Shown one piece after another: positions 14,005 to 27,240 of a DNA stretch of 64,000 nucleotides. This DNA is from Eledone cirrhosa (Eukaryota): NCBI GenBank assembly GCA_964016885.1, contig OZ024753.1:15810001-15874000 (forward strand). The letters are read 5' to 3'. The notes beneath the pieces were generated by a model. That model was not told the origin of the DNA. It searched no databases and saw only the letters and a list, made by a program, of their open reading frames with translations. The translations under genes and the position numbers were made by a program. Position 1 is the first letter of the stretch; each line of letters starts with the position of its first letter.

Positions 14005-14210
14005 TGGCAGAAATAGTAGAGCATCGGACAATATGTTTTGCAGCATAGAGTTGTGGCCCTTTACTGAGTTTAAATCCCACCGAGGTTAGCATTGCCATTC
14101 ATCCAGAGATGGTGGATAAAATAAAATACCAGTAATGTACTGAGGGTTCATTTAGTCAACTTTTCCCTCTCATTTACATTGCTGGCCTTGTGCCTAAAGT
14201 AGAAACAATA
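14005..14210 (+). mobile_element. Older Meta-like SINE copy
   Basis: TTGGCAGAA...AAATCCCACCGAGG...GCTGGCCTTGTGCCTAAAGTAGAAACAAT. Confidence 0.7.
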
Positions 14211-14240
14211 TTACTGTTGCACTACATGGAGTTCTAACAT

Positions 14241-17200
14241 GGCCCTACCATGGAGTGGTAGATACCAGTGTCATTGTTACTGGCCCTACCATGGAGTGGT
14301 AGATACCAGTGTCATTGTTACTGGCCCTACCATGAAGTGGTAGATACCAGTGTCATTGTTAATGACACTACCATGGAGTGGTAAATTCCAGTGTCATTGT
14401 TATTGGCACTACTATGGAGTGGTAGACACCAGTTTCATTGTTATTGGCACTACCATGGAGTGGTAGATACCAGTGTCATTGTTAATGGCACTACCATGGA
14501 GTGGTAGATACCAGTGTCATTGTTACTGGCACTACCATGGAGTGGTAGATACCAGTGTCATTGTTATTGGCATTACCATGGAGTGGTAGGTACCTGTGTC
14601 ATTGTTACTGGCCCTACCATGGAGTGGTAGATACCAGTGTCATTGTTACTGGCCCTACCATGGAGTGGTAGATACCAGTGTCCCAGTGTCATTGGCACGA
14701 CCATGGAATGGTAGATACCAGTGTCATTCTTATTGACACTACCATGGAGTGGTAGATACCAGTGTCATTGTTACTGGCACTACCATGGAGTGGTAGACAC
14801 CAGTGTCATTCTTATTGACACTACCATGGAGTGGTAGATACCGGTGTCATTGTTACTGGCACTACCATGGAGTGGTAGATACCAGTGTCATTGTTACTGG
14901 CACTAACATGGAGTGGTAGATACCAGTGTCATTGTTACTGGCACTACTATGGAGTGGTAGATACCAGTGTCATTCTTAATGACACTACCATGGAGTGGTA
15001 GATACTAGTGTCAATGTTATTGGCCAAACATGGAGTGGTAGATACCAGTGTCCTTGTTACTGGCACTACCATGGAGTGGTGGATAGCAGTGTCCTTGTTA
15101 TTGGCCCTACCATGGAGTGATAGATACCAGTGTTCCAGTGTCATTGTTATTGGCACTACCATGGAGTGGTAGATACCAGTGTCATTGTTATTGGTACTAC
15201 CAAGGAGTCGTAGATACTAGTGTCATTGTTACTGACACTAACATGGAGTGGTAGCTACCAGTGTCATTGTTATTGGCACTACCAAGGAGTGGTAGATACC
15301 AGTGCCATCGTTACTGGCATTACCATGGAGTGGTAAATACCAGTGTCATTGCTATTGGCACTACCATGGAGTGGTAGATAGCAGTGTCATTGTTATTGGC
15401 ACAACCATGCAGTGGTAGATACCAGTGTCAGTGTTATTGGCATTACCATGGAGTGGTAGATACCAGTGTCATTGTTATTGGCACTACCATGGAGTGGTAG
15501 ATACCAGTGTCATTGTTATTGGCACTACCATGGAGTGGTAGATACCAGTGTCATTGTTATTGGCACTACCATCGAGTGGTAGATACCAGTGTCATTGTTA
15601 TTGGCACTACCATGGAGTGGTAGATACCAGTGTCATTGTTACTGGCACTACCATGGAGTGTTAGATAGCAGTGTTATTGTTATTGGCAATACCATGCAGT
15701 GGTAGATACCAGTGTCAGTGTTATTGGCATTACCATGGAGTGGTAGATACCAGTGTCATTGTTATTGGCACTACCATGGAGTGGTAGATACCAGTGTCAT
15801 TGTTATTGGCACTACCATGGAGTGGTAGATACCAGTGTCATTGTTATTGGCACTACCATGGAGTGGTAGCTACCAGTGTCATTGTTATTGGCACTACCAT
15901 GGAGTGGTAGATACCAGTGTCATTGTTATTGGCACTCACATGGAGTGGTAGATACCAGTGTCATTTTTATTGGCACTACCATGGAGTGGTAGATACCAGT
16001 GTCCAGGTGTCATTGTTACTGGCACTACCATGGAGTGGTAGATACCAGTGTCATTATTATTGGCACTACCATGGAGTGGTAGATACCAGTGTCAGTGTTA
16101 TTGGCCCTACTATGAAGTGATAGATACCAGTGTCATTGTTACTGGCATTACCATGGAGTGGTAGATACCAGTGTCCCAGTGTCATTATTACTGGCACTAC
16201 CATGGAGTGGTAGATACCAGTGTCAGTGTTATTGGCACTACCATGGAGTGGTAGATACCAGTGTCATTTTTATTGGCACTACCATGGAGTGGTAGATACC
16301 AGTGTCATTGTTATTGGCCCTACTATGGAGTGGTAGATACCAGTGTCATTGTTACTGGCATTACCATGGCGTGGTAGATACCAGTGTCATTGTTACTGGA
16401 ATTACCATGGAGTGGTAGATACCAGTGTCATTGTTACTGGAATTACCATGGAGTGGTAGATACCAGTGTCATTGTTACTGGCACTACCATGGCGTGGTAG
16501 ATACCAGTATTATTGTTACTGGCACTACCATGGAGTGGTAGATACCAGTGTCATTGTTACTGGCACTACCATGGAGTGGTAGATACCAGTGACATTGTTA
16601 CTGGCCCTACCATGGAGTGGTAGATACCAGTGTCATTGTTACTGGCCCTATCATGGAGTGGTAGATACCAGTGTCCCAGTGTCATTGGCACGACCATGGA
16701 ATGGTAGATACCAGTGTCATTCTTATTGACACTACCATGGAGTGGTAGATACCAGTATCATTGTTACTGCCACTACCATGGAGTGGTAGATACCAGTGTC
16801 ATTGTTATTGGTACTACCAGGGAGTGGTAGATACCAGTGTCATTGTTACTGGCACTACTATGGAGTGGTAGATACCAGTGTCATTGTTACTGGCACTACC
16901 ATGGAGTGGTAGATACCAGTGTCATTGTTATTGGCACTACCATGGAGTGGTAGATACCAGTGTCATTGTTACTGGGACTAACATGGAGTGGTAGATACCA
17001 CTGTCATTGTTACTGGCACTACTATGGAGTGGTAGATACCAGTGTCATTGTTACTGGCACTACCATGGAGTGGTAGATACCAGTGTCATTGTTATTGGCA
17101 CTACCATGGAGTGGTAGATACCAGTGTCATTGTTACTGGGACTAACATGGAGTGGTAGATACCACTGTCATTGTTACTGGCACTACTATGGAGTGGTAGA

Positions 17201-20200
17201 TACCAGTGTCATTCTTAATGACACTACCATGGAGTGGTAGATACTAGTGTCATTGGCCAAACATGGAGTGGTAGATACCAGTGTCAGTGTTACTGGCACT
17301 ACCATGGAGTGGTTGATACCAGTGTTAGTGTTACTGGCACTACCATGGAGTGGTAGATACTAGTGTCATTGTTACTGACACTAACATGGAGTGGTAGATA
17401 CCAGTGTCAGTGTTACTGGCACTACCATGGAGTGGTAGATACCAGTGTCAGTGTTACTGGCACTACCATGGAGTGGTAGATACCAGTGTCAGTGTTACTG
17501 GCACTGCCATGGAGTGGTAGATACTAGTGTCATTGTTACTGACACTACCATGGAGTGGTACATACCAGTGTCATTGTTACTGGTACTACCATGGAGTGGT
17601 AGATACGAGTGTCATTGTTATTGGCACTACCATGGAGTGGTAGATACCAGTGTCATTTTTATTGGCACTACCATGGAGTGGTTGATACCAGTGTCATTGT
17701 TATTGGCACTACCATGTAGTGGTTGATACCAGTGTCATTGTTATTGGCACTACCATGGAGTGGTAGATATCAGTGTTATTGTTATTGGCCCTACCATGGA
17801 GTGATAGATACCAGTGTCATCGTTACTGGCACTACCATGGAGGGTAGATACCAGTGTCATTGTTATTGGCCCTACCATGGAGTGGTAGATATCAGTGTCA
17901 TTGTTATTGGCACTACCATGGAGTAGTAGATACCAGTGTCATTTTTATTGGCACTACCATGGAGTGGTAGATACCAGTGTCATTGATATTGGCACTACCA
18001 TGGAGTGGTAGATAGCAGTTTCAATGTTACTGGCACTACCACGGAGTGGTAGATAGCAGTGTCATTGTTATTGGCACTACCATGGAGTGGTAGATACCAG
18101 TGTCAGTGTTATTAGCATTACCATGGAGTGGTAGATACCAGTGTCATTGTTATTGGCACTACCATGTAGTGGTAGATACGAGTGTCATTGTTATTGGCAC
18201 TCCCATGGAGTGGTAGATACTAGTGTCATTTTTATTGGCACTACCATGGAGTGGTAGATACCAGTGTCCAGGTGTCATTGTTACTGGCACTACCATGGAG
18301 TGGTAGATACCAGTGTCATTGTTATTGGCACTACCATGCAGTGGTAGATACCAGTGTCAGTGTTATTAGCATTACCATGGAGTGGTAGATACCAGTGTCA
18401 TTATTATTGGCCCTACTATGGAGTGATAGATACCAGTGTCATTGTTACTGGCATTACCATGCAGTGGTAGATACCAGTGTCCCAGTGTCATTATTACTGG
18501 CACTACCATGGAGTGGTAGATACCAGTGTCAGTGTTATTGGCACTACCATGGAGTGGTAGATACCAGTATCATTGTTATTGGCACTACCATGGAGTGGTA
18601 GATTCCAGTGTCAATGTTATTGGGATTACCATGGAGTGGTAGATACCAGTGTCAGTGTTATTGGCACTACCATGGAGTGGTAGATAGCAGTGTCATTGTT
18701 ATTGGCACTACCATGGAGTGGTAGATAGCAGTGTCATTGTTATTGGCACTACCATGGAGTGGTGGATAGCAGTGTCCTTGTTACTGGCACTACCATGGAG
18801 TGGTAGATACCAGTGTCATTGGCACTACCATGGAATGGTAGATACCAGTGTCATTGTTATTGGCCCTACTATGGAGTGGTAGATACCAGTGTCATTGTTA
18901 CTGGCATTACCATGCAGTGGTAGATACCAGTGTCATTGTTATTGGCACTACCATGTAGTGGTAGATACCAGTGTCATTGTTATTGGCACTCACATGGAGT
19001 GGTAGATACCAGTGTCATTTTTATTGGCACTACCATGGAGTGGTAGATACCAGTGTCCAGGTGTCATTGTTACTGGCACTACCATGGAGTGGTAGATACC
19101 AGTGTCATTATTATTGGCACTACCATGGAGTGGTAGATACTAGTGTCAGTGTTATTGGCCCTACTATGAAGTGATAGATACCAGTGTCATTGTTACTGGC
19201 ATTACCATGGAGTGGTAGATACCAGTGTCCCAGTGTCATTATTACTGGCACTACCATGGAGTGGTAGATACCAGTGTCAGTGTTATTGGCACTACCATGG
19301 AGTGGTAGATACCAGTGTCATTTTTATTGGCACTACCATGGAGTGGTAGATACCAGTGTCATTGTTATTGGCCCTACTATGGAGTGGTAGATACCAGTGT
19401 CATTGTTACTGGCATTACCATGGCGTGGTAGATACCAGTGTCATTGTTACTGGAATTACCATGGAGTGGTAGATACCAGTGTCATTGTTACTGGAATTAC
19501 CATGGAGTGGTAGATACCAGTGTCATTGTTACTGGCACTACCATGGCGTGGTAGATACCAGTATCATTGTTACTGGCACTACCATGGAGTGGTAGATACC
19601 AGTGTCATTGTTACTGGCACTACCATGGAGTGGTAGATACCAGTGACATTGTTACTGGCCCTACCATGGAGTGGTAGATACCAGTGTCATTGTTACTGGC
19701 CCTATCATGGAGTGGTAGATACCAGTGTCCCAGTGTCATTGGCACAACCATGGAATGGTAGATACCAGTGTCATTCTTATTGACACTACCATGGAGTGGT
19801 AGATACCAGTATCATTGTTACTGCCACTACCATGGAGTGGTAGATACCAGTGTCATTGTTATTGGTACTACCATGGAGTGGTAGATACCAGTGTCATTGT
19901 TACTGGCACTACTATGGAGTGGTAGATACCAGTGTCATTGTTACTGGCACTACCATGGAGTGGTAGATACCAGTGTCATTGTTATTGGCACTACCATGGA
20001 GTGGTAGATACCAGTGTCATTGTTACTGGGACTAACATGGAGTGGTAGATACCACTGTCATTGTTACTGGCACTACTATGGAGTGGTAGATACCAGTGTC
20101 ATTCTTAATGACACTACCATGGAGTGGTAGATACTAGTGTCATTGGCCAAACATGGAGTGGTAGATACCAGTGTCAGTGTTACTGGCACTACCATGGAGT

Positions 20201-22105
20201 GGTTGATACCAGTGTCAGTGTTACTGGCACTACCATGGAGTGGTAGATACTAGTGTCATTGTTACTGACACTAACATGGAGTGGTAGATACCAGTGTCAG
20301 TGTTACTGGCACTACCATGGAGTGGTAGATACCAGTGTCAGTGTTACTGGCACTACCATGGAGTGGTAGATACTAGTGTCATTGTTACTGACACTACCAT
20401 GGAGTGGTACATACCAGTGTCATTGTTACTGGTACTACCATGGAGTGGTAGATACGAGTGTCATTGTTATTGGCACTACCATGGAGTGGTAGATACCACT
20501 GTCATTGTTACTGGCACTACTATGGAGTGGTAGACACCAGTGTCATTTTTATTGGCACTACCATGGAGTGGTTGATACCAGTGTCATTGTTATTGGCACT
20601 ACCATGGAGTGGTTGATACCAGTGTCATTGTTATTGGCCCTACCATGGAGTGGTAGATATCAGTGTCATTGTTATTGGCCCTACCATGGACTGGTAGATA
20701 TCAGTGTTATTGTTATTGGCCCTACCATGGAGTGATAGATACCAGTGTCATCGTTACTGGCACTACCATGGAGGGTAGATACCAGTGTCATTGTTATTGG
20801 CCCTACCATGGAGTGGTAGATATCAGTGTCATTGTTATTGGCACTACCATGGAGTAGTAGATACCAGTGTCATTTTTATTGGCACTACCATGGAGTGGTA
20901 GATACCAGTGTCATTGATATTGGCACTACCATGGAGTGGTAGATAGCAGTTTCAATGTTACTGGCACTACCACGGAGTGGTAGATAGCAGTGTCATTGTT
21001 ATTGGCACTACCATGGAGTGGTAGATACCAGTGTCAGTGTTATTAGCATTACCATGGAGTGGTAGATACCAGTGTCAGTGTTATTAGCATTACCATGGAG
21101 TGGTAGATACCAGTGTCATTGTTATTGGCACTACCATGGAGTGGTAGATACCAGTGTCAGTGTTATTAGCATTACCATGGAGTGGTAGATACCAGTGTCA
21201 TTGTTATTGGCACTACCATGTAGTGGTAGATACGAGTGTCATTGTTATTGGCACTCCCATGGAGTGGTAGATACTAGTGTCATTTTTATTGGCACTACCA
21301 TGGAGTGGTAGATACCAGTGTCCAGGTGTCATTGTTACTGGCACTACCATGGAGTGGTAGATACCAGTGTCATTGTTATTGGCACTACCATGCAGTGGTA
21401 GATACCAGTGTCAGTGTTATTAGCATTACCATGGAGTGGTAGATACCAGTGTCATTATTATTGGCCCTACTATGGAGTGATAGATACCAGTGTCATTGTT
21501 ACTGGCATTACCATGCAGTGGTAGATACCAGTGTCCCAGTGTCATTATTACTGGCACTACCATGGAGTGGTAGATACCAGTGTCAGTGTTATTGGCACTA
21601 CCATGGAGTGGTAGATACCAGTATCATTGTTATTGGCACTACCATGGAGTGGTAGATTCCAGTGTCAATGTTATTGGGATTACCATGGAGTGGTAGATAC
21701 CAGTGTCAGTGTTATTGGCACTACCATGGAGTGGTAGATAGCAGTGTCATTGTTATTGGCACTACCATGGAGTGGTAGATAGCAGTGTCATTGTTATTGG
21801 CACTACCATGGAGTGGTGGATAGCAGTGTCCTTGTTACTGGCACTACCATGGAGTGGTAGATACCAGTGTCATTGGCACTACCATGGAATGGTAGATACC
21901 AGTGTCATTGTTATTGGCCCTACTATGGAGTGGTAGATACCAGTGTCATTGTTACTGGCATTACCATGCAGTGGTAGATACCAGTGTCATTGTTACTGGC
22001 ATTACCATGGAGGGTAGATACCAGTGTCATTGTTATTGGCTACCATGGAGTGGTAGATACCAGTGCCATTGTTATTGGCACTACCATGGAGTAGTAGATA
22101 CCAGT
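14241..22105. repeat. 41-bp satellite array, ~190 monomers, with higher-order duplication
   Basis: Unit CTACCATGGAGTGGTAGATACCAGTGTCATTGTTAYTGGCA. Rare variants recur at a 3054-bp offset. Confidence 0.98.
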
Positions 22106-22119
22106 ATGTGTCTGTGTCT

Positions 22120-22992
22120 ATCATCAGCATCATTGTTTAACGTCCATTTCTCCATACTAGCATGGGTTAGACGAGTTGTCCCATTGTGAGAATTACCAAT
22201 TCAGGTGACAATATTTTGGTTTTAATGGCTCAATGCCTTTCTTAATGCTAACCACATTTACTGTGTAGTCTGGATGTTTTTTTCATGACACCTACATGAC
22301 CATTGTACAGTGTGGCTGGGTGCTTCTTGTCATCACACCTATATGACCACTTTACAGTGTGGACTGGATGCTTTTTGTTGTGATACCTACATGACTACTT
22401 TACAGTGTAGGCTGGGTGTTTTTCATCATGACACCTACATGGCCACTATCCAGTGTGGATTGGGTTCTTTTTGTCGTGACACCTACATGACCACTTTACA
22501 GTGTGGACTGGATGCTTTTGTCATGACACCTATATGACTCCTTTATAGTGTGGACTAGGTGCTTCTTGTCATGACACCTACATGACTACTTTACAGTATG
22601 GACTGGGTGCTTCTTGTCACGACACCTATATGACCACTTTACATTGTGGACTGGATGTTTCTTGTAATGACACCTACATGACTACTTTACAGTGTGGACT
22701 GGGTGCTTTTCGTTGTGACTCCTACATGACTACTTTACAGGGTGGACTGGGTGCTTCTTGTCATGACACCTACATGACTACTTTACAGTATGGACTGGGT
22801 GCTTTTTGTTGTGACTCCTACATGACCACTTTACAGTATGGACTGGGTGCTTTTTGTTGTGACTCCTACATGACCACTTTACAGTATGGACTGGGTGCTT
22901 TTTGTTGTGATGCCTACATGACCACTTTACAGTAGGGACTGGGTGCTTTTTTGTCTTGACACTTACATGACCACTTTACAGTGTGGACTGGG
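22120..22992 (-). repeat. RTE 3'UTR remnant expanded into a 48-bp minisatellite (~15 copies)
   Basis: Unit ATGACCACTTTACAGTGTGGACTGGGTGCTTTTTGTYRTGACACCTAC matches the module repeated 2-3 times in LINE UTRs and SINEs. LINE tail at 22120-22170. Confidence 0.85.
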
Positions 22993-24043
22993 GACTTTGA
23001 TAGGAGAGATGTGTGGAGATTTGGGTGTGTGTGAGGGATGGAGTGTTTAGATGTGGGAGGTAAATGAAAAGGGTTTGAGGTGAAGGTGTGTATGTATATA
23101 TATATATATATTGCTTGAATGTATGGTTGTAATCACTAAAAAAAGAACTCTCAATATGTGATCATAGAGGTAAATATACTATATTATATGATATACATGG
23201 CAAACAAAGTACTCAGTTTCCAGAAGTTGTTTTTACTACATTCTTCAGCCTATATACAATGCACCCAGTGCACTCTGTAAAGTAGTTGGCATTAGGAAGG
23301 GCATCCAGCCATAAAGACAATGTAAACATTTTGAATGTATGAGCAAGACATGATTCTCATACTGTTCTTGACTTGGACCATAGTGTGTGTGCCTGCGTGC
23401 GTGTGTGCATGCATGTGCGTGAGTGTCTGTGCATGTGTGTGTCTGTGCATGTGTGTGTGTGTGCATGCAAGCTTAGTAACATTCTGAGAGAAACTATGCT
23501 CTTCCATAAATTTTGTAGACATATTTTATTGCTCAAAAAAGAATGTTATACATAATAATTAGTTAAATATATTATCCATTTAAATAAATTGTTTTGAAAA
23601 TCTCGGAATGCTAAAAGAGATTTACTACAAACTGCACCAAATAAAATTAGATTTAAGAATATTAGTATCATAGAGAACAATAAATATCCCTCTCACATTA
23701 TATACATAGAGATGGTAATTGTCTTAATAAATATTGAATTTCTGAAGTGAAATTTCGATTTAGAAGCTAGCATTTAGAAACTGTCAACAATGCAGTTTAG
23801 CTGAATATAGAAACATGACATATATTAAAGGAAAGTTTTACTTAGTAGTGGAGACACAAACAACAAGCAAAGCTACATGTAATTTCAACTAGAGGAAAGA
23901 AATTATCACTAATAAGAAATTAAATCTATATTTCTATTTTCTTTAGGAAAGGAAGAACACACCGGAACAGTTATTGAGCTTAACCAATTCATCACCATAT
24001 TTCTAATGAAAACATTACACTTGTATTTGAACACATTCTAGGA

Positions 24044-24147
<104 letters not shown>

Positions 24148-24536
24148 GGAGGCACATGGCTTAGAAATTAGAACATTGGGCTTGCAATCGAAAAGTTATG
24201 AGTTCAATTCTCAGACCGGGTGATGTGTTGTTTCCTTGAGCAAGACACTTTATTTCACATTGTTCCAGTTACTCAGCTGTAGAAATGAGATGATAGGACA
24301 GGGGTCCTATCATTCCACTGCAAAGTGGTCGTGGAGGTGCTACGGCAAAAAAAGAAGCACCCAGCCTACACTGTAAAGTGGACGTGTAGGCGCCACAGAA
24401 ATAAAGCACCCACCACTCACTGTAAATGAGGTTCGTGTTAGGAAGGGCATCCGGCTGTAGAAATCAAGCCAGAATCAGTTCCTGTCCCACTCTTGCAAGC
24501 AGGGAAAAAGCGGACGTAAAATGAAATAATGATGAT
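24148..24536 (+). mobile_element. Composite tRNA-CORE SINE, tail type B
   Basis: Full head to GGACGTAAAATGAAATAATGATGAT. Confidence 0.88.
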
Positions 24537-24565
24537 ACACACATACATATATATATATACATATG

Positions 24566-26248
24566 TACCACAGATGCTCTTTTCATTGTACGACAACTAC
24601 AGGAGAAGTACCTAGCTAAAAGTAAACCCCTATACTTAGCTTTTGTCGACTTGGAGAAAGCCTTCGACAGAGTCCCCCGTTCCATTATCTGGTGAGCTCT
24701 TAGAAAACTAGGTGTTGACGAATGGCTTGTGAGAGCCATACAAGCCATGTATAAAGAAACAGTCAGCATGGTTAGAATTAACAACGAATATAGTGAAGAG
24801 TTTAGCGTAAAAGTTGGTGTCCATCAGGGCTCTGTTCTTAGCCCCCTACTATTTATTATTGCCCTTCAGGCTATAACAGAGGAGTTCAAGACCGGCTGCC
24901 CATGGGAACTCCTATACGCAGATGATCTAACGCTCATAGCTGAATCAATGGCTGAGCTAGAGAAGAAATTCCAAACATGGAAGCACGGCCTAGAATCAAA
25001 AGGCCTTAAAATTAACCTGGCTAAGACTAAAGTTCTAGTTTGTAGGAAAGAAAATAAGGCGCCGGTCCCCTACGGGAAATGGCCATGCTCAGTGTGTAGG
25101 AAAGGCGTAGGTAGAAACTCCATTTTATGTCTCAAATGCAAAGTATGGGTGCATAAAAGATGTAGTGGGATCACAGGTAAGCTAATTAAGAACACAGATT
25201 TTACATGTGGCCGGTGCTCTGGTGCAATAAGTAGCAGCAAGTGCCCACAAAATACTAGCTCATTCAACTGCGCAGAGGGCTCTATAGAAATAGTGGACAG
25301 CTTCCGTTACCTGGGTGACAAAATCAGCAGTGGGGGAGGGTGCTCTGAAAGTACAGTAGCTAGAGTCAGAACTGGATGGAAAAAGTTCAGAGAGCTTATA
25401 CCACTATTAGCCGCTAAAGGGTTCTCCCTAAAAATGAAAGGCAGGTTGTATGATGCCTGCATATGAACAACAATGTTGCATGGCAGTGAGACCTGGGCAT
25501 TGTGTGCAGAGGATATACGCAGATTAGAGAGGAACGAAGCTTGCATACTCCGCTGGATGTGTAATAGTAATATACGTGAACGGCAAAGCATAAACGAACT
25601 AAGGAAAAAATTAGAAATAAGAGGGATCGGATGTTGTTTACTCGAGAGAAGGCTACGTTGGTATGGTCACGTGATGCACATGAAAGACGACAGCTGTATA
25701 ACAAAGTGCAGGGCAATAAAGATAGATGGTAGCCACGGAGTAGGCAGACCCAGGAAAACCTGGGACGAGCTGATAATTTCTGACCTCACACACTTACACC
25801 TCTCCAAGACAATGTCACTGGACCGAGACCTTTGGCGGTACTCAGTAACAGAGAAGACCCGCCTTACCTAAATACAAAGTAAAACCTACTAGTCAGTAGG
25901 CATCTCTAACAAAATTCACCCCCGTCCCACCCCATCCACACCGCCCCCTTCAATGCAAAGTTATGTTGGTGCCACAACATCCAGGCCGAAACAAACGAGA
26001 TCATGTAGGTGTCACGACAAAAAAACACACAGTCCACGCTGTAATGTGACCGTGTAGGCAACACGGTAAAAACCTCCCAGTCCCACACTGTAAATGTGGT
26101 TGGTGTTAGGAAGGGCATCCAGCTGTAGAAAACATGCCAGACAGTCCTATGCGAGCAAGACAACCACTCTTGCCTCAAGTGGGAAAACCCCCGTCCAAAC
26201 CCATGCAAGCGTGGAACAGGGACGTTAAACGATGATGATGATGATGAT
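24566..26248 (+). mobile_element. RTE LINE family A, 5'-truncated (RT, PHD-like finger, C-terminus, 3'UTR)
   Basis: FVDLEKAFDRVP, GVHQGSVLSPLLF, LYADDL, RLRWYGHV, GRPRKTW. In-frame stops and a (GAT)n tail. Confidence 0.95.
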
Positions 26249-26329
26249 ACATATCATTACATACATACATATTTATTATCAGAGCCATAGAGAAGCTGTC
26301 TTCTTGGGCTACTATCCTAAAGTTAAAGA

Positions 26330-27240
26330 CAGAGAAAGAGGACTCACCGATAAATTAGAATATCGCAGGGATATATCTCAAGGAGACAGTCTCTCTGTGA
26401 TACTATTTATCCTAATATTAAACCCCTTCTCCTTTCTGCCCAAGAAATGTGAAAGATACATCATTGGCTCACAGGAGGACAGAAATACGAACCTAACCCA
26501 TAATTTCTTTGTGGGTGATCTGAAACTCTAAGCCAAGAACATAGATGGGATGAAGAAAAATCTTGACCTGGTTACAACATTCTCAAAGGATATAGGAATG
26601 GGGTTTGGCCAATATAAATGCTCATACATAACTGTAAAGCGGGGAAAAACAACAACCCAATCTAGCAACATTGTCATCAATGGCCTAACTGTTTCACCGA
26701 TATCTGATGAGGACTGCTACAGATACCTGGGGATAGATGAGAACATATCCTATAATGGTATCTGTAATAAGGAACGTGTAACCAGGGAATACTACACCCT
26801 ATTAAGAAAAATATGGTCATCGGAACTCTCTGTACACAACAAAACAGTGGCTCACAATGTGTTTGCTGTGCCTGTCCTAACACCAACGTTTGGAATACTC
26901 AATTGGACGATAGACGAAATCCGAGCAATTGATGTTAGAACTCGAAAAATACTAAACAACAGCGGAAATTTCCACATCAACAGTGACATAGACCGCCTCT
27001 ACTTGAAATGTAAGCAGGGAGGCAGAGGGCTAACATCAATCCAGAGAGCATTTGAATATCGTATCATATCTCTCTGACAACATCTACAAACCTCGAAGCG
27101 TAGGAGCCCGTCTCTCTGCATGAGACAGATAAGATCATGAGAGTTGGGAAGGAACTCCTTGAAAGATATTCCCTGTGTGATAACCAAAAACTTACACCCA
27201 AGGAAGTCGCTCAGCAGTACCGCAGTGAATCCAGTGAATC
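26330..27240 (+). mobile_element. R4/Dong-like RT fragment
   Basis: QGDSLSVILF, THNFFVGDLKL, YRYLGIDE, RLYLKCKQGGRGL. Confidence 0.8.

Noticed and set aside
14241-22105. CRISPR-like array (hairpin-containing repeats)
   Set aside because: No unique spacers and no cas genes. It is a head-to-tail satellite in a eukaryotic context.
23930-23980. Possible host micro-exon after TTTCTTTAG
   Set aside because: No convincing donor or coding signal. It cannot be supported without RNA data.
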